Source: Fibrobacteria bacterium (GTDB lineage: Bacteria > Fibrobacterota > Fibrobacteria > UBA11236 > JADFYW01). Taken from it: DNA of 64,000 nucleotides. How positions within the stretch are numbered: position 1 is the stretch's first letter; the number at the start of each line of letters is the position of its first letter. This document shows, piece by piece, positions 28,772 through 38,496 of the stretch. Both the position numbers and the translations under genes were made by a program. The DNA lies in contig JBNKOC010000004.1 of assembly GCA_050294405.1 (NCBI GenBank), positions 1 through 64,000 on the forward strand, read 5' to 3'. The notes below the pieces were generated by a model. That model had not been told where the DNA came from, searched no databases, and saw only the letters and a program-made list of their open reading frames with translations.

Positions 28772-30121
28772 TTATCGGGCCAATTTATGCATAATGGCAT
28801 CGATACTTGTTTTAAAAGTTTCGTCCTTCTGCATATGCTTATCAATGGTTTTAATGGCGTGAACCACAGTGCTGTGATCTCTGTCGCCAAAGCGTTTTCC
28901 AATGTTTTTTAAGGAAGCAGAAGTAAGCTCTTTCATTAAAAACATAGCCACTTGCCGGGCCTGGGCCACTTCTTTTGTGCCCCGGCCTCTTTCCAAAATT
29001 TTATCCACTTCCACGGCAAAATACTGGGCCACAGCGTCTGTAATATTTTCCCCGCTAATGAGCTTGGTCTTTCGGTTGGCAGTGGCGCTCACTACAATTT
29101 CTTTAGCCAATTCCATGGAAATGTCTTCTTGCTTAAGAGAGGCTTGCAGGAGCAGTTGCCTTATAGTGCCTTCCAGAACTCTAACATTATCGTCAATGGA
29201 TTCTGCCAAATAAGAAATTATTTCATCGGAAATATTAAGGTTATTGTCCTCGGCCTTCTTTTTCAAAATGGCTTCGCGGGTTTCCATATCCGGCGCATGG
29301 ATATCTACAATAAGCCCCCACTGAAACCGGCTGACCAACCTATCTTCCAACCCTTTTAATTGATTGGGAGGATTATCGCTGGTAAGCACAATTTGTTTAC
29401 CCAACTGATGGAGGGCGTTAAAAATATGGAAGAATTCTTCCTGAGTGCGGTCTTTGCCGCTTAAAAACTGAACATCGTCCATCAGTAACATATCCACATC
29501 ATTCCGATAGTAATTCGACAACTCGGATATGCGGTTATGCTGGATAGAATCTACAAATTCACGATAAAAGGTTTCGGCGGTAATGTAACGGACCCGGGTT
29601 TCGGGTTTGGTTTTTAAAACATGGTTGCCAATAGCTTGTAAAAGATGCGTTTTCCCAAGCCCCACGCCTCCATAGATCAAAAGCGGGTTAAAAGGAATTT
29701 GGCTGTTATTCTCCGCAACGGCTTTGGTTGCTGAATAGGCAAATTGGGAATTATTACCCACCACAAAATGCTCAAAACTGTAGTAGGGATTCAAGTCTAT
29801 ACTGGGCACCGAACTAAAAGGCACCTTGGGCCTATGGGTAGTGGCCCGGGGAGGCATAGTTTTAAATTCGATGTTAATAGGGTTGCCAATGCTTTCCCTA
29901 TATGTATGCTGAATTAGCCCCAAATACACCCGGGTAAGGTGTTCCTTATCCAAATTATCGGGGCAGGAAAGCACCAGAGTGGTATCGTCTATTTGCACCT
30001 GCTCCAAAGGCACAATCCACTTGTCAAATACTTCTTTAGAAAAAACAGCTTTTAAAGCTTTTTTGCAATCTTTCCACTCAGATCCTGATATAGAACTTTT
30101 TTCTAGTACCTGATTTTCCAT
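28772..30121 (-). CDS. dnaA: chromosomal replication initiator DnaA
   Basis: YSFEHFVVG, NPLLIYGGVGLGKTHLLQA, DDVQF, QEEFFHIFN, RLVSRFQWGL, RQVAMFL, RDHSTVVHA. Confidence 0.97.
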   Translation of the reverse strand: MENQVLEKSSISGSEWKDCKKALKAVFSKEVFDKWIVPLEQVQIDDTTLVLSCPDNLDKEHLTRVYLGLIQHTYRESIGNPINIEFKTMPPRATTHRPKVPFSSVPSIDLNPYYSFEHFVVGNNSQFAYSATKAVAENNSQIPFNPLLIYGGVGLGKTHLLQAIGNHVLKTKPETRVRYITAETFYREFVDSIQHNRISELSNYYRNDVDMLLMDDVQFLSGKDRTQEEFFHIFNALHQLGKQIVLTSDNPPNQLKGLEDRLVSRFQWGLIVDIHAPDMETREAILKKKAEDNNLNISDEIISYLAESIDDNVRVLEGTIRQLLLQASLKQEDISMELAKEIVVSATANRKTKLISGENITDAVAQYFAVEVDKILERGRGTKEVAQARQVAMFLMKELTSASLKNIGKRFGDRDHSTVVHAIKTIDKHMQKDETFKTSIDAIMHKLAR

Positions 30122-30436
30122 TAACCTGTTTTTGTGTCCTATGTTAGTAAAACCAACTTCCTTTCATGCCAAACCCAATTCAATTGCTTTCAGGCTGGGG
30201 GCAAAAAAATATAATTAAACTATTTTGGCCGAGGAAAATTTGTTGCTTTAATTTTTTGACAATTCTGAAGGGGCAAAAATTGTTCCAAAGGAATAAAAAT
30301 TGGCAAATTTTGAAAAAATTAAAAACTCTCAAAAGCTCTGCTAAAAGTTATCTTTTTTTGTGGCAAAAAACTTAATTTAGCAAGCTCAGGGAATGCCCAT
30401 AAAAGTTTAATTTTATCGTATACTTATTCGGGGAAT

Positions 30437-31024
30437 ATGAAAGAATTGTCAGCTATTGGAACACGGGAAATTGTGGCCGTTTGTTTTGCCCTTTTTTTTA
30501 TAGCCAATTTATTTTGGCGCATTCATATTGCCTATCCCCTTATTTTAGACCGGAGCATCCGAAAAGGTAAGTCCTGGATATATATACCGTTGCGCTGGAG
30601 AGGGCTGCACAAAAAACTAGTGTCCCTAACGACCCCGGTTTTAAACGCCTTAATAGTGGTATTGGGGCTGGCAACACTTTGGTATTTTGTATACCCCAAA
30701 TCTGAGCTTATCTTTGCAGCCAGCGCAGCGGGGTTTGTAATCCTCCACCTTTTTCTTTCCGCCCAGGTATTAAAACTCAAATTACGCCAACAGGAAGACT
30801 CTTACTTTTTTATTCGCCGTAAGCTATTCGAGGATATGGAAGTAAAGGGAAAGAAACTTACCGAATCCGAAATTGGGAATTTAGCCTCATTTCAACACCA
30901 AAGCCTCCTGCGGGAAGCCGATAAAACAGGGCAATTGGGACCCACTATTTCCAAACAGTCCAAAACCGCCAAAGAGCAGAAAAAAAATCGCAAGGAATCC
31001 TCAAAAGCTGAAGAAATTGTTTAA
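30437..31024 (+). CDS. hypothetical membrane protein
   Basis: three hydrophobic segments and charged C-terminus; first gene of a tightly spaced + strand run. Confidence 0.7.
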   Translation: MKELSAIGTREIVAVCFALFFIANLFWRIHIAYPLILDRSIRKGKSWIYIPLRWRGLHKKLVSLTTPVLNALIVVLGLATLWYFVYPKSELIFAASAAGFVILHLFLSAQVLKLKLRQQEDSYFFIRRKLFEDMEVKGKKLTESEIGNLASFQHQSLLREADKTGQLGPTISKQSKTAKEQKKNRKESSKAEEIV

Positions 31025-31034
31025 TATGTAATTA

Positions 31035-32168
31035 ATGAGAGCAGCCATGAGCATTTTAAGCCTTAAATCCCTCCCCCTTCAAGACGATAAAACCTGGAGG
31101 GAACAGCTATTATCAGGGAAAATTCAATCTCTGGAAATGTATGCCCGCTTTATGCTCCAGAAAGTTTCCCGCACCTTTGCCTTAAATATTTTAGTACTCC
31201 CCTCCGGCTTGCAAATGGAGGTTTTACTTGCCTATTTGTTTTGCCGTATGGCCGACACTCTGGAAGACGATAAAAACCTCAAGCCTGAAGAAAAAATACA
31301 TCTCCTGGAGCAGTTTAAAAAAGCCTTCGTCAACCCGGAGAACTGGCGCGAAGAAATTTCCGGCCTCACTGAACAGCTTCCCAAAAGCTGGATAAATTCC
31401 GACAGCTGGGACCAATTGCTTACATACCACAGCACCGTGGTTTTTGACTTATATTGGCAACTGCCCAAAGAAACCAGCAAAACCATCGCGCGCTGGGTCA
31501 CCGAAATGTGCGAGGGCATGCAAGAGTTCGCCGCAAAAGGCTCCAATACTAAATCCAATAAAATAATCAGCACCATGAGAGAATTGGACAGGTATTGCTA
31601 TTATGTTGCAGGCACAGTTGGGAATTTATTGTGCGATTTGTTTTATAAATACTCGGGACTCATTGGAAAAAAATCCAAAGAAAGGCTGGAAAAATTTTCC
31701 GTTTCTTTTGGCCTTGGTTTGCAGCTTACCAACATATTAAAAGATGTATGGGATGATATGAACCGCAATGTTGTATTCATTCCAGAAAGCTTACTTGAAG
31801 AACACGGCTTGTCTCAGGCGGATTTATCCGATCCCCACCACCTTCCCAAGCTCAGAAAACTTACAGCAACTCTTTTGGATAAGGCCAAAAATCATTTAAC
31901 AGATGCCCTGGAGTATACTTGCCTTTTGCCCCGCCTGGAACCCAGGTTAAGGCTTTTTTGCCTATGGCCCCTTTTTATGGCTTTAGACACCCTGATATTA
32001 ATCGCCAAGGCCAAACAAACCATCCAGGCCAATGAAAAAATTAAAATTAGCAAAAAACAGGTTAAGCAAATATTGCAGGAAACCAGTTTTATATGCCTTT
32101 CCAATTTTTTAATCCGAAAAAAATTCAATAAAAGAATTAAAATTCTGGAAAAACATATATTTGCCTGA
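31035..32168 (+). CDS. squalene synthase-like (squalene/phytoene synthase family)
   Basis: VSRTFAL, YLFCRMADTLEDD, YCYYVAGTVG, GLGLQLTNILKD, RLFCLWP. Confidence 0.9.
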   Translation: MRAAMSILSLKSLPLQDDKTWREQLLSGKIQSLEMYARFMLQKVSRTFALNILVLPSGLQMEVLLAYLFCRMADTLEDDKNLKPEEKIHLLEQFKKAFVNPENWREEISGLTEQLPKSWINSDSWDQLLTYHSTVVFDLYWQLPKETSKTIARWVTEMCEGMQEFAAKGSNTKSNKIISTMRELDRYCYYVAGTVGNLLCDLFYKYSGLIGKKSKERLEKFSVSFGLGLQLTNILKDVWDDMNRNVVFIPESLLEEHGLSQADLSDPHHLPKLRKLTATLLDKAKNHLTDALEYTCLLPRLEPRLRLFCLWPLFMALDTLILIAKAKQTIQANEKIKISKKQVKQILQETSFICLSNFLIRKKFNKRIKILEKHIFA

Positions 32169-32190
32169 TTGAAAAATTAGCGAGCTCAAA

Positions 32191-32778
32191 TTGATTAAAA
32201 ATTTATTAAAAGAAAAGAATTGGAAATTACATCTTATTGTTGTCATACTTGGGTTGGTAGCCGATCAAATCACAAAACTCTGGGCCGTCGCCAAATTCTC
32301 TCTTCCCGATGGAAACATTGACTACTACAAAGTCCAGCAGGTGATTGGAGAACTGCTTCAATTTAGACTGGTATATAACACAGGAGCCGCCTTTGGCATG
32401 CAGCCTCAAAAAATGGTTGGTTTTTTACATCCCACTTTATTTTTTGGCCTGATATCCATAATAGCAATAGTTGTTTTGTCTGTATTTTATTTAAAGCTTC
32501 CCCGCCAAGATAAATGGACTCAATTCGGAGTAAGCCTTATTGCCTCTGGAGCTTTTGGTAATCTGGCCGACAGATTCAGAATCCACAAGGTGGTGGATTT
32601 TATTGATGTGGATATTCCCGATATTTCCCTTGGCTCCATCCAAATGGACAGGTGGCCTACATTTAATGTGGCTGATTCCCTGGTTTGCGTTGGAGTGGCC
32701 ATCATCCTGGTGCTGTCCTTTTTTCAAAAACAAAAGTCTGAAAAAAAAGAAAATCCGGCGGCCAGTCCCGAAGTCTGA
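32191..32778 (+). CDS. lspA: lipoprotein signal peptidase II
   Basis: DQITK, NTGAAFG, GAFGNLADR, VVDFID, WPTFNVADS. Confidence 0.96.
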   Translation: MIKNLLKEKNWKLHLIVVILGLVADQITKLWAVAKFSLPDGNIDYYKVQQVIGELLQFRLVYNTGAAFGMQPQKMVGFLHPTLFFGLISIIAIVVLSVFYLKLPRQDKWTQFGVSLIASGAFGNLADRFRIHKVVDFIDVDIPDISLGSIQMDRWPTFNVADSLVCVGVAIILVLSFFQKQKSEKKENPAASPEV

Positions 32779-32795
32779 AAGCAAGTTAAACATAT

Positions 32796-33773
32796 ATGAT
32801 AACATTAGGACAAAGCTGGGTTTGCCCCGAAGAAGATTTCCCCAATAGGATTGATGTTTTTTTAGCAGAACAGCTTCCCGACTGTTCTAGAAGCCAAATT
32901 CAAGCCTGGCTCAAAAAAGGTTATTTTGAGCTTAACGGCAAAACCGCTAAAAAAAATTCGGTACTTAAAAGCGGCGATAAAATTGAAGTGGTTAGAGAAC
33001 CCGAAAAAGAATCCCTGAATTTAGAGCCCGAAAACATCCCCCTTGACATTATATACGAAGACGCTTCCCTTGCCATTATTAACAAGCCAAAAGGAATGGT
33101 TGTCCACCCTGGGCATGGAAATACCAATGGGACAATGGTTAACGCCCTGCTCTATCATTTTAAGAATCTCTCCCAGATAAATGAAGATAATCGCCCCGGC
33201 ATTATACATCGCCTTGATAAAGATACATCGGGCCTTTTAGTAGTAGCTAAAACCGATGTAGCCCACCGCAAATTGGCCGGACAACTTGAAAAAAGAATTA
33301 TGAAACGACAATACAGGGCTATCGCCTGGAGGCCCTTTGTCCAAATTAGCGGAAGCATTGATAGGCCTATTGGCCGGGATCCCAAAAACCCCACATTAAT
33401 GGCGGTGCGTCCCGAGGGAAGATATGCTGTTACCCACTATAAGGCTCTGCACATAAGTTCCATAGCTACAGAACTCGAACTCAATTTGGAAACAGGACGC
33501 ACCCATCAAATCAGAGTGCACCTATCCAGCCTGGGACATCCGGTAGCCGGAGATACGGACTATGGAGGAAAGCCATACTCCTTAGATGGAATTCTACCGC
33601 CCCTAAGGCCTAAAGCCGCGGCGCTCCAAAAAATATTCAGCTCCCAGGCATTACATGCGGAAAGCCTTTCTTTCTTGCACCCTGAAAACGGCAGATCTAT
33701 GGAATTTAAATCTCCACTGCCTGAAGAGCTTCAATCGGGTATCGATTACATCCGCAATTTAGAGAACTATTAG
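32796..33773 (+). CDS. rluD: RluA-family pseudouridine synthase (RluD-like, S4 domain)
   Basis: NKPKGMVVHP, GIIHRLDKDTSG, ETGRTHQIRVH, QALHA. Confidence 0.88.
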   Translation: MITLGQSWVCPEEDFPNRIDVFLAEQLPDCSRSQIQAWLKKGYFELNGKTAKKNSVLKSGDKIEVVREPEKESLNLEPENIPLDIIYEDASLAIINKPKGMVVHPGHGNTNGTMVNALLYHFKNLSQINEDNRPGIIHRLDKDTSGLLVVAKTDVAHRKLAGQLEKRIMKRQYRAIAWRPFVQISGSIDRPIGRDPKNPTLMAVRPEGRYAVTHYKALHISSIATELELNLETGRTHQIRVHLSSLGHPVAGDTDYGGKPYSLDGILPPLRPKAAALQKIFSSQALHAESLSFLHPENGRSMEFKSPLPEELQSGIDYIRNLENY

Positions 33774-33805
33774 GAGCCTGTGGGATTTTTTTTATATTAA
33801 GCGGC

Positions 33806-34720
33806 ATGACTGCAAAAAAACCCTCTCCCGAAGATTTTGAACGTTCTCTCACAAAAGGCCACTCTTCTTATAACAGTCGCGTAGGCCATTGGTGGGATTT
33901 ACAATCCAATAACAAAGCCCATAAAAGAGCCTATCTAAACATATGCAACCACTTAAAAAAAACTTTGCCCTCATCTAAAAAAAATCCAAAATGGATAGTG
34001 GATTACGCCTGTGGAAATGGCGCTTTTATGTCTGTTTTGGCCAAGGCATTTCCAAAGTCCAAAATTGTGGGCCTGGATGGCTCTACCCTAATGTTAAACA
34101 AAGCAAAAGACAAGTTAGCCCAATCCAAAACAGAAGCAGAACTGGTTTCCCCGGAAGATATTTTTAATAAAAAATTACCGAGAGTAAGGCTGGCCCAAAC
34201 CATACTTCCCAATTTCAAAATAGAGCCCAATAAATTTGATGTCGCCATATTTTTGTTCCCTAATTTGACCTGCGCGCCAAAAGAAAGAAAAACCTATTAC
34301 AAAAATGGTTACAACCATAAAAAGGATACCCGCATGGGTGAATTGTTGGCCCGCTTTAGGGAAATGGATCCGGAAGATGAACTGGAGCCCGGAAACCCCG
34401 AAGCCATTTTTGATGATCTTATGATTTCCAGGGTCATATCCCGCAATTTGAGAATGTTATTAAAAAAAGGCGGATATTGCCTGCGCTCAGACTACGCTAA
34501 CGCTCCCAGAGATGAACTCACAGACCTTACCATTTGGAGAACCTTGTTTTCCGAAGGAGCTTTCGACATGGAAATTAAAGATGAAAGCTCAGAATTGTTT
34601 TTCGAGTTTTTGGGAAGCCAGTACAATAAGTCCAAAGTTATTTTGGATGTATATCATCAAACTGCCGATCCATCGGATAAAGAAGGCGGATTTTTTTCTT
34701 CCATATTTAAAGCAAAATAG
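33806..34720 (+). CDS. class I SAM-dependent methyltransferase
   Basis: IVDYACGNG, GLDGS..ML, FDVA, LKKGG. Confidence 0.8.
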   Translation: MTAKKPSPEDFERSLTKGHSSYNSRVGHWWDLQSNNKAHKRAYLNICNHLKKTLPSSKKNPKWIVDYACGNGAFMSVLAKAFPKSKIVGLDGSTLMLNKAKDKLAQSKTEAELVSPEDIFNKKLPRVRLAQTILPNFKIEPNKFDVAIFLFPNLTCAPKERKTYYKNGYNHKKDTRMGELLARFREMDPEDELEPGNPEAIFDDLMISRVISRNLRMLLKKGGYCLRSDYANAPRDELTDLTIWRTLFSEGAFDMEIKDESSELFFEFLGSQYNKSKVILDVYHQTADPSDKEGGFFSSIFKAK

Positions 34721-34737
34721 AATCCTGATCTTATCGA

Positions 34738-37245
34738 TTAGGATTCCGCAGCCGCTTTAGAAGAAGACTTTTTAAAATTTCGGGGCGGGAAGCTGAAGGA
34801 TATTTTCCCGGTTTTATGAAGTTTCAAGTAAGCATCAAAGGAACGCTTGGTCTTAGAGGATTTAAAACCTTTTATCAACCTTGTCTTTTTGCCTTCCAGG
34901 AGCGCAATTATATCCTCGGATGTTAATTCCTGTCCTAAAATAATGCGGTTTATCTTAAGTCCGGTTTTGCTCTCTTTGTCATAAAGGCTTTCAGATACAT
35001 AACTCATCTCGCCTTCGTATACCTTGCTCCCATCCACAGGAGAAACACCCAGATATTTCAATTTGCTGAAGTCGGGTTTTTCTGCATTTTGATCTTCAAA
35101 TACAAATTCAACCCGGTAATCAGGCTTTAATTTTATCATGGCCGAGAATGGCTTGCCAGCTTTGCTGATAAACCCGGTTAAAGGACCCAGCTTTTTTTCC
35201 GCAAGAAGAGTTTTCACTTCCTCATGAGATATAGCCCGGCCTCCAAGAAATTTCCTGATTTTAATTTTTTCATTTTCAGATTCGTAAAAGCTCAATGTTT
35301 CGTATACATCCAGCCCGGTAATTTCGTCTGTAAAAAGCTTTTCTTTATTTTTATCTGCATTTTCATCAAAGCCTTTAACTTTTTTAACAATGCTTTTTGC
35401 CAAATCCCGGATGCCCTGCATAAACTCTTCCCGGGAAATTTTGCCTTGGGAAATCTGTTCCAATTTATATTCCCATTGCCCGGTCATTTCAGGAGAAGTT
35501 AATTCCTCAATTTTCATGGCAGCAATGGTTTCCATTAGCTCTGTAGCTTTTGCCGAAGGCACTAACTCCTTACCCTGCCTCACCACGTATTTATCTTTTA
35601 TCAATCCCTCGATAATAGCCGCACGGGTGGCTGGGGTACCAAGTCCCATATCCTTCATGGCATCCCGTAAATCTTCATCATCCACCAATTTTCCGGCACT
35701 TTCCATCATGGATAACAAAGTGGACTCTGTAAATCTTGGAGGAGGTTTGGTTTCGTTGGGAAGTATTTCAACTTCCTTGGTGAGAGCCGTTTTTTGATCT
35801 TCAATGGGATCTAAAATGGAATCTTCTTTTTCACTGAGTCCATATACAATGCGCCATCCGGGATCTTGTAAAACCTTTCCGTCTGTTTTAAAAGTTTCAC
35901 CCTCTACAACAGTTAACCTGGTGGTATTTAAAAATTTTGCCGGAGGAAAAAAGATGGCCAAAAACCTTTGCAGGATCATTAGGTAAATTTTTGCTTCGAA
36001 ATCGTTTAGATCCCCCTTAATGATGTTAGTGGGAATGATGGCATGGTGATCTGTTACTTTTGAATTGTCGAAGATTTTTTTGGTTGGGGTTATCCATTTG
36101 TTATCAAGAATAGTTTGGGCGTGACTTCCCAAATTTCCTCCAGCCAATATGCCTATTGTATTTTTCACTCCCTTAACATAATCCTCGGGCAGATGGCGGC
36201 TTCCCGTTCTGGGATAAGTCACCATTTTGTGGCGGTCATAAAGCTTTTGAGTTATATCCAAAGTGGCTTTGGCCGATAAGCCAAACCGCGCATTAGCTTC
36301 CCTTTGCAAACTGGTAAGGTCATATAACATGGGGCAGTTTTGAGTGGAGGGTTTAGAAGTTTCGCTCACTTCTCCTTCTTTGCCCACGCATTTTTTTTCT
36401 ATTTCATCCGCTCTTTCTTTTTTCCAAATTCTGTCCTGGCGCCCATGGGGCATCAATTCATCTTTTTTGAATTCCGGGTCAATCCACTTACCCTTGTAGC
36501 CCCCGTTTTTCAATTCAAACTGGGCTTCAATTTCCCAATAAGGCTGGGGAACAAATTCATCTCTCTCTTTTTCTCTATCCATAATCATGGACAAAGTGGG
36601 AGTTTGGACTCGCCCGCAGGGGGTTAATTTAAAACCGCCAAATCGTGACTTGAAAGAAGTCAAAGCCCTGGAACCATTAATACCCACCAACCAATCCGCT
36701 TCGGAGCGGCAAATGGCTGCAGATTCCAAATTTTTCATTTCTCCATCGGAGCGCAAATGATGTATACCATCTAAAATGGCTTCTTTAGTCATGCTTTGAA
36801 GCCAAAGCCTGGAAAGTTTCTTCCCTTTTAATTTTTTATCTCCAATAAAAGACAGTATGTAGCGAAAAATTAATTCTCCCTCTCGGCCCGCATCGCAGCC
36901 ATTAATAATTTCGCCCACATCTTTGCGGCTGATTAATTTTTTAATGGTACTTAGCTGGGATTTGGAGTTGTCTAAAGCTTTTAGAGGAAAAACATCGGGC
37001 AAAATAGGAAGGTTATCCAACGACCAGGATTTATGCACCTCATCAATTTCTGGGGGAGTGCAAATAGTCACCAAATGCCCCACAGCAAAAGTGATAATAT
37101 ATTCTGGCCCTTCGAAATAAGACTTTTGGTTTTGATACTTTCCAGGTAAAGCCTGCACAAAATCCTTAGCAACACTAGGCTTTTCTGCAATAATTAGTGT
37201 TTTTAAGGGGGCTTCTTTAGTCTTTTTGCTGCTTTTTTCGCTCAA
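34738..37245 (-). CDS. topB: DNA topoisomerase III (type IA)
   Basis: IAEKPSVA, GHL, DAGREGELIF, GRVQTPTL, TYPRTGS, GLGTPATRA, C-terminal GF.SK repeats. Confidence 0.95.
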   Translation of the reverse strand: MSEKSSKKTKEAPLKTLIIAEKPSVAKDFVQALPGKYQNQKSYFEGPEYIITFAVGHLVTICTPPEIDEVHKSWSLDNLPILPDVFPLKALDNSKSQLSTIKKLISRKDVGEIINGCDAGREGELIFRYILSFIGDKKLKGKKLSRLWLQSMTKEAILDGIHHLRSDGEMKNLESAAICRSEADWLVGINGSRALTSFKSRFGGFKLTPCGRVQTPTLSMIMDREKERDEFVPQPYWEIEAQFELKNGGYKGKWIDPEFKKDELMPHGRQDRIWKKERADEIEKKCVGKEGEVSETSKPSTQNCPMLYDLTSLQREANARFGLSAKATLDITQKLYDRHKMVTYPRTGSRHLPEDYVKGVKNTIGILAGGNLGSHAQTILDNKWITPTKKIFDNSKVTDHHAIIPTNIIKGDLNDFEAKIYLMILQRFLAIFFPPAKFLNTTRLTVVEGETFKTDGKVLQDPGWRIVYGLSEKEDSILDPIEDQKTALTKEVEILPNETKPPPRFTESTLLSMMESAGKLVDDEDLRDAMKDMGLGTPATRAAIIEGLIKDKYVVRQGKELVPSAKATELMETIAAMKIEELTSPEMTGQWEYKLEQISQGKISREEFMQGIRDLAKSIVKKVKGFDENADKNKEKLFTDEITGLDVYETLSFYESENEKIKIRKFLGGRAISHEEVKTLLAEKKLGPLTGFISKAGKPFSAMIKLKPDYRVEFVFEDQNAEKPDFSKLKYLGVSPVDGSKVYEGEMSYVSESLYDKESKTGLKINRIILGQELTSEDIIALLEGKKTRLIKGFKSSKTKRSFDAYLKLHKTGKISFSFPPRNFKKSSSKAAAES

Positions 37246-37397
37246 GGTCTTCTCAATTTCGGGCTAAATAATTCCCCAATGGGGCTCCTGTCTTTTGGGG
37301 GTAATTATAATCAATTTTTATCACAGAACAACTATTCCTCTATAATTCCTTAAAAAAATCTTTAGGAGAGGGAATTCTGAGCAATTAGAGATAGTTA

Positions 37398-37523
37398 GGG
37401 GCACTTCTAAAAATTGATGATCGCGGTTGTGAGCGAGGCCTGCGATAACGAACCGAGGGCACTTAAATTGATGACCCAACGAGATTGAAGGAGTCTGCGA
37501 AGCCCAATTTTTAGAGGTACCCT
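37398..37523. mobile_element. MITE/REP-like non-autonomous element (~126 bp) with terminal inverted repeats
   Basis: left GGGCACTTCTAAAAATTG vs reverse complement of right end GGGTACCTCTAAAAATTG (16/18 match); TA on both flanks; internal partial copy of left end at 37457-37474. Confidence 0.55.
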
Positions 37524-37930
37524 TAAGATTTTGCCAAAAAAGCCTCAGCTTTTGCCTTGTCTGTAAAAATGTGGCTTTCCATAACCCTGGCTAAACCAAT
37601 TATTTCAAAAAAACTTAGAAGTTCGTTTGCAGACTCGTTTTCAAATAAGGCAGCCATTATATATTGAGGATTTTCCTGGCATCTTCTCCAAAAATCGGCT
37701 ACACAGCCTAATCCTTCCGAACTTATATACTGGCAGGTTTGAAAATTAATCAGAAATTTTTCAGAATCCTTTTTAAAGCCTTCTTCCACAGCCTCCTGGA
37801 AAATTTTAGCTTCATCCCGCAAAAAGACCTTATTGTTTATTTTTATCTCAATAAAGCCAGTACGGCTAATACATTCCACTTTGGGTTTGCCGGAATTGGC
37901 CTCTGGTTTTTTGTCGGGATCGTTTGTCAT
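37523..37930 (-). CDS. STAS-domain (anti-sigma factor antagonist-like) protein
   Basis: LINF..CQYISSEGLG, FEIIGL...IF. Confidence 0.8.
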   Translation of the reverse strand: MTNDPDKKPEANSGKPKVECISRTGFIEIKINNKVFLRDEAKIFQEAVEEGFKKDSEKFLINFQTCQYISSEGLGCVADFWRRCQENPQYIMAALFENESANELLSFFEIIGLARVMESHIFTDKAKAEAFLAKS

Positions 37931-37993
37931 AAATCAATTCAATGTGAAGTTAAAAAAAAATCACTCCTTCTATTGTATTAAAAGCTCGCCAAA

Positions 37994-38458
37994 TTAGACA
38001 TATTTTTCTTCACCAACTCGCAATCTCTGATAAAATTCGGCAGCTGTAGTAGCTTCAATAAGGCTCTTGCGAATTTCAGCATCTGCCATAATACGGGAAA
38101 TTGCCGACAGGGCTCGAATATGCGGGCCAGTGGTGTTGGAAGGACTCACAATTAAAAACAGCAAGAAAACAGGTTCTTTATCAATGGCAGAAAAGTCTAT
38201 GCCGTTAGTAACTGTGGAAGCTACAATACACATTTTGTCCACGAAATCCACTTTAGCATGGGGAACAGCTAAACCACATCCAATGCCTGTGGACATTTTC
38301 TTTTCCCGGTTCAGCACCGCTTCTTTTACCCCTTCCCTATTATCAATATCGTATACGGTGCAAAGCTTGTTCACCATAACTTCGATAATGCGTTCCTTGG
38401 TGGTTTCAGGGCAATTAATTTCAATACAATCTTCGCTGAATCGGCTGCTTAACTTCAT
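37994..38458 (-). CDS. PTS EIIA (PtsN/fructose-mannitol type) protein
   Basis: REKKMSTGIG.GLAVPHAK, GIDF.AIDKEPV, HIRALSAISR; start refined to ATG 38458. Confidence 0.9.
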   Translation of the reverse strand: MKLSSRFSEDCIEINCPETTKERIIEVMVNKLCTVYDIDNREGVKEAVLNREKKMSTGIGCGLAVPHAKVDFVDKMCIVASTVTNGIDFSAIDKEPVFLLFLIVSPSNTTGPHIRALSAISRIMADAEIRKSLIEATTAAEFYQRLRVGEEKYV

Positions 38459-38496
38459 CTGTGTAGGTCCTGTCTCAAATATAACCGAAAATAAAT

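Noticed and set aside
36199..36219. TopB active-site TYPRTGS instead of TYPRTDS
   Set aside because: Catalytic Tyr and Arg are intact and I recall this variant in other TopB proteins; no sign of inactivation.
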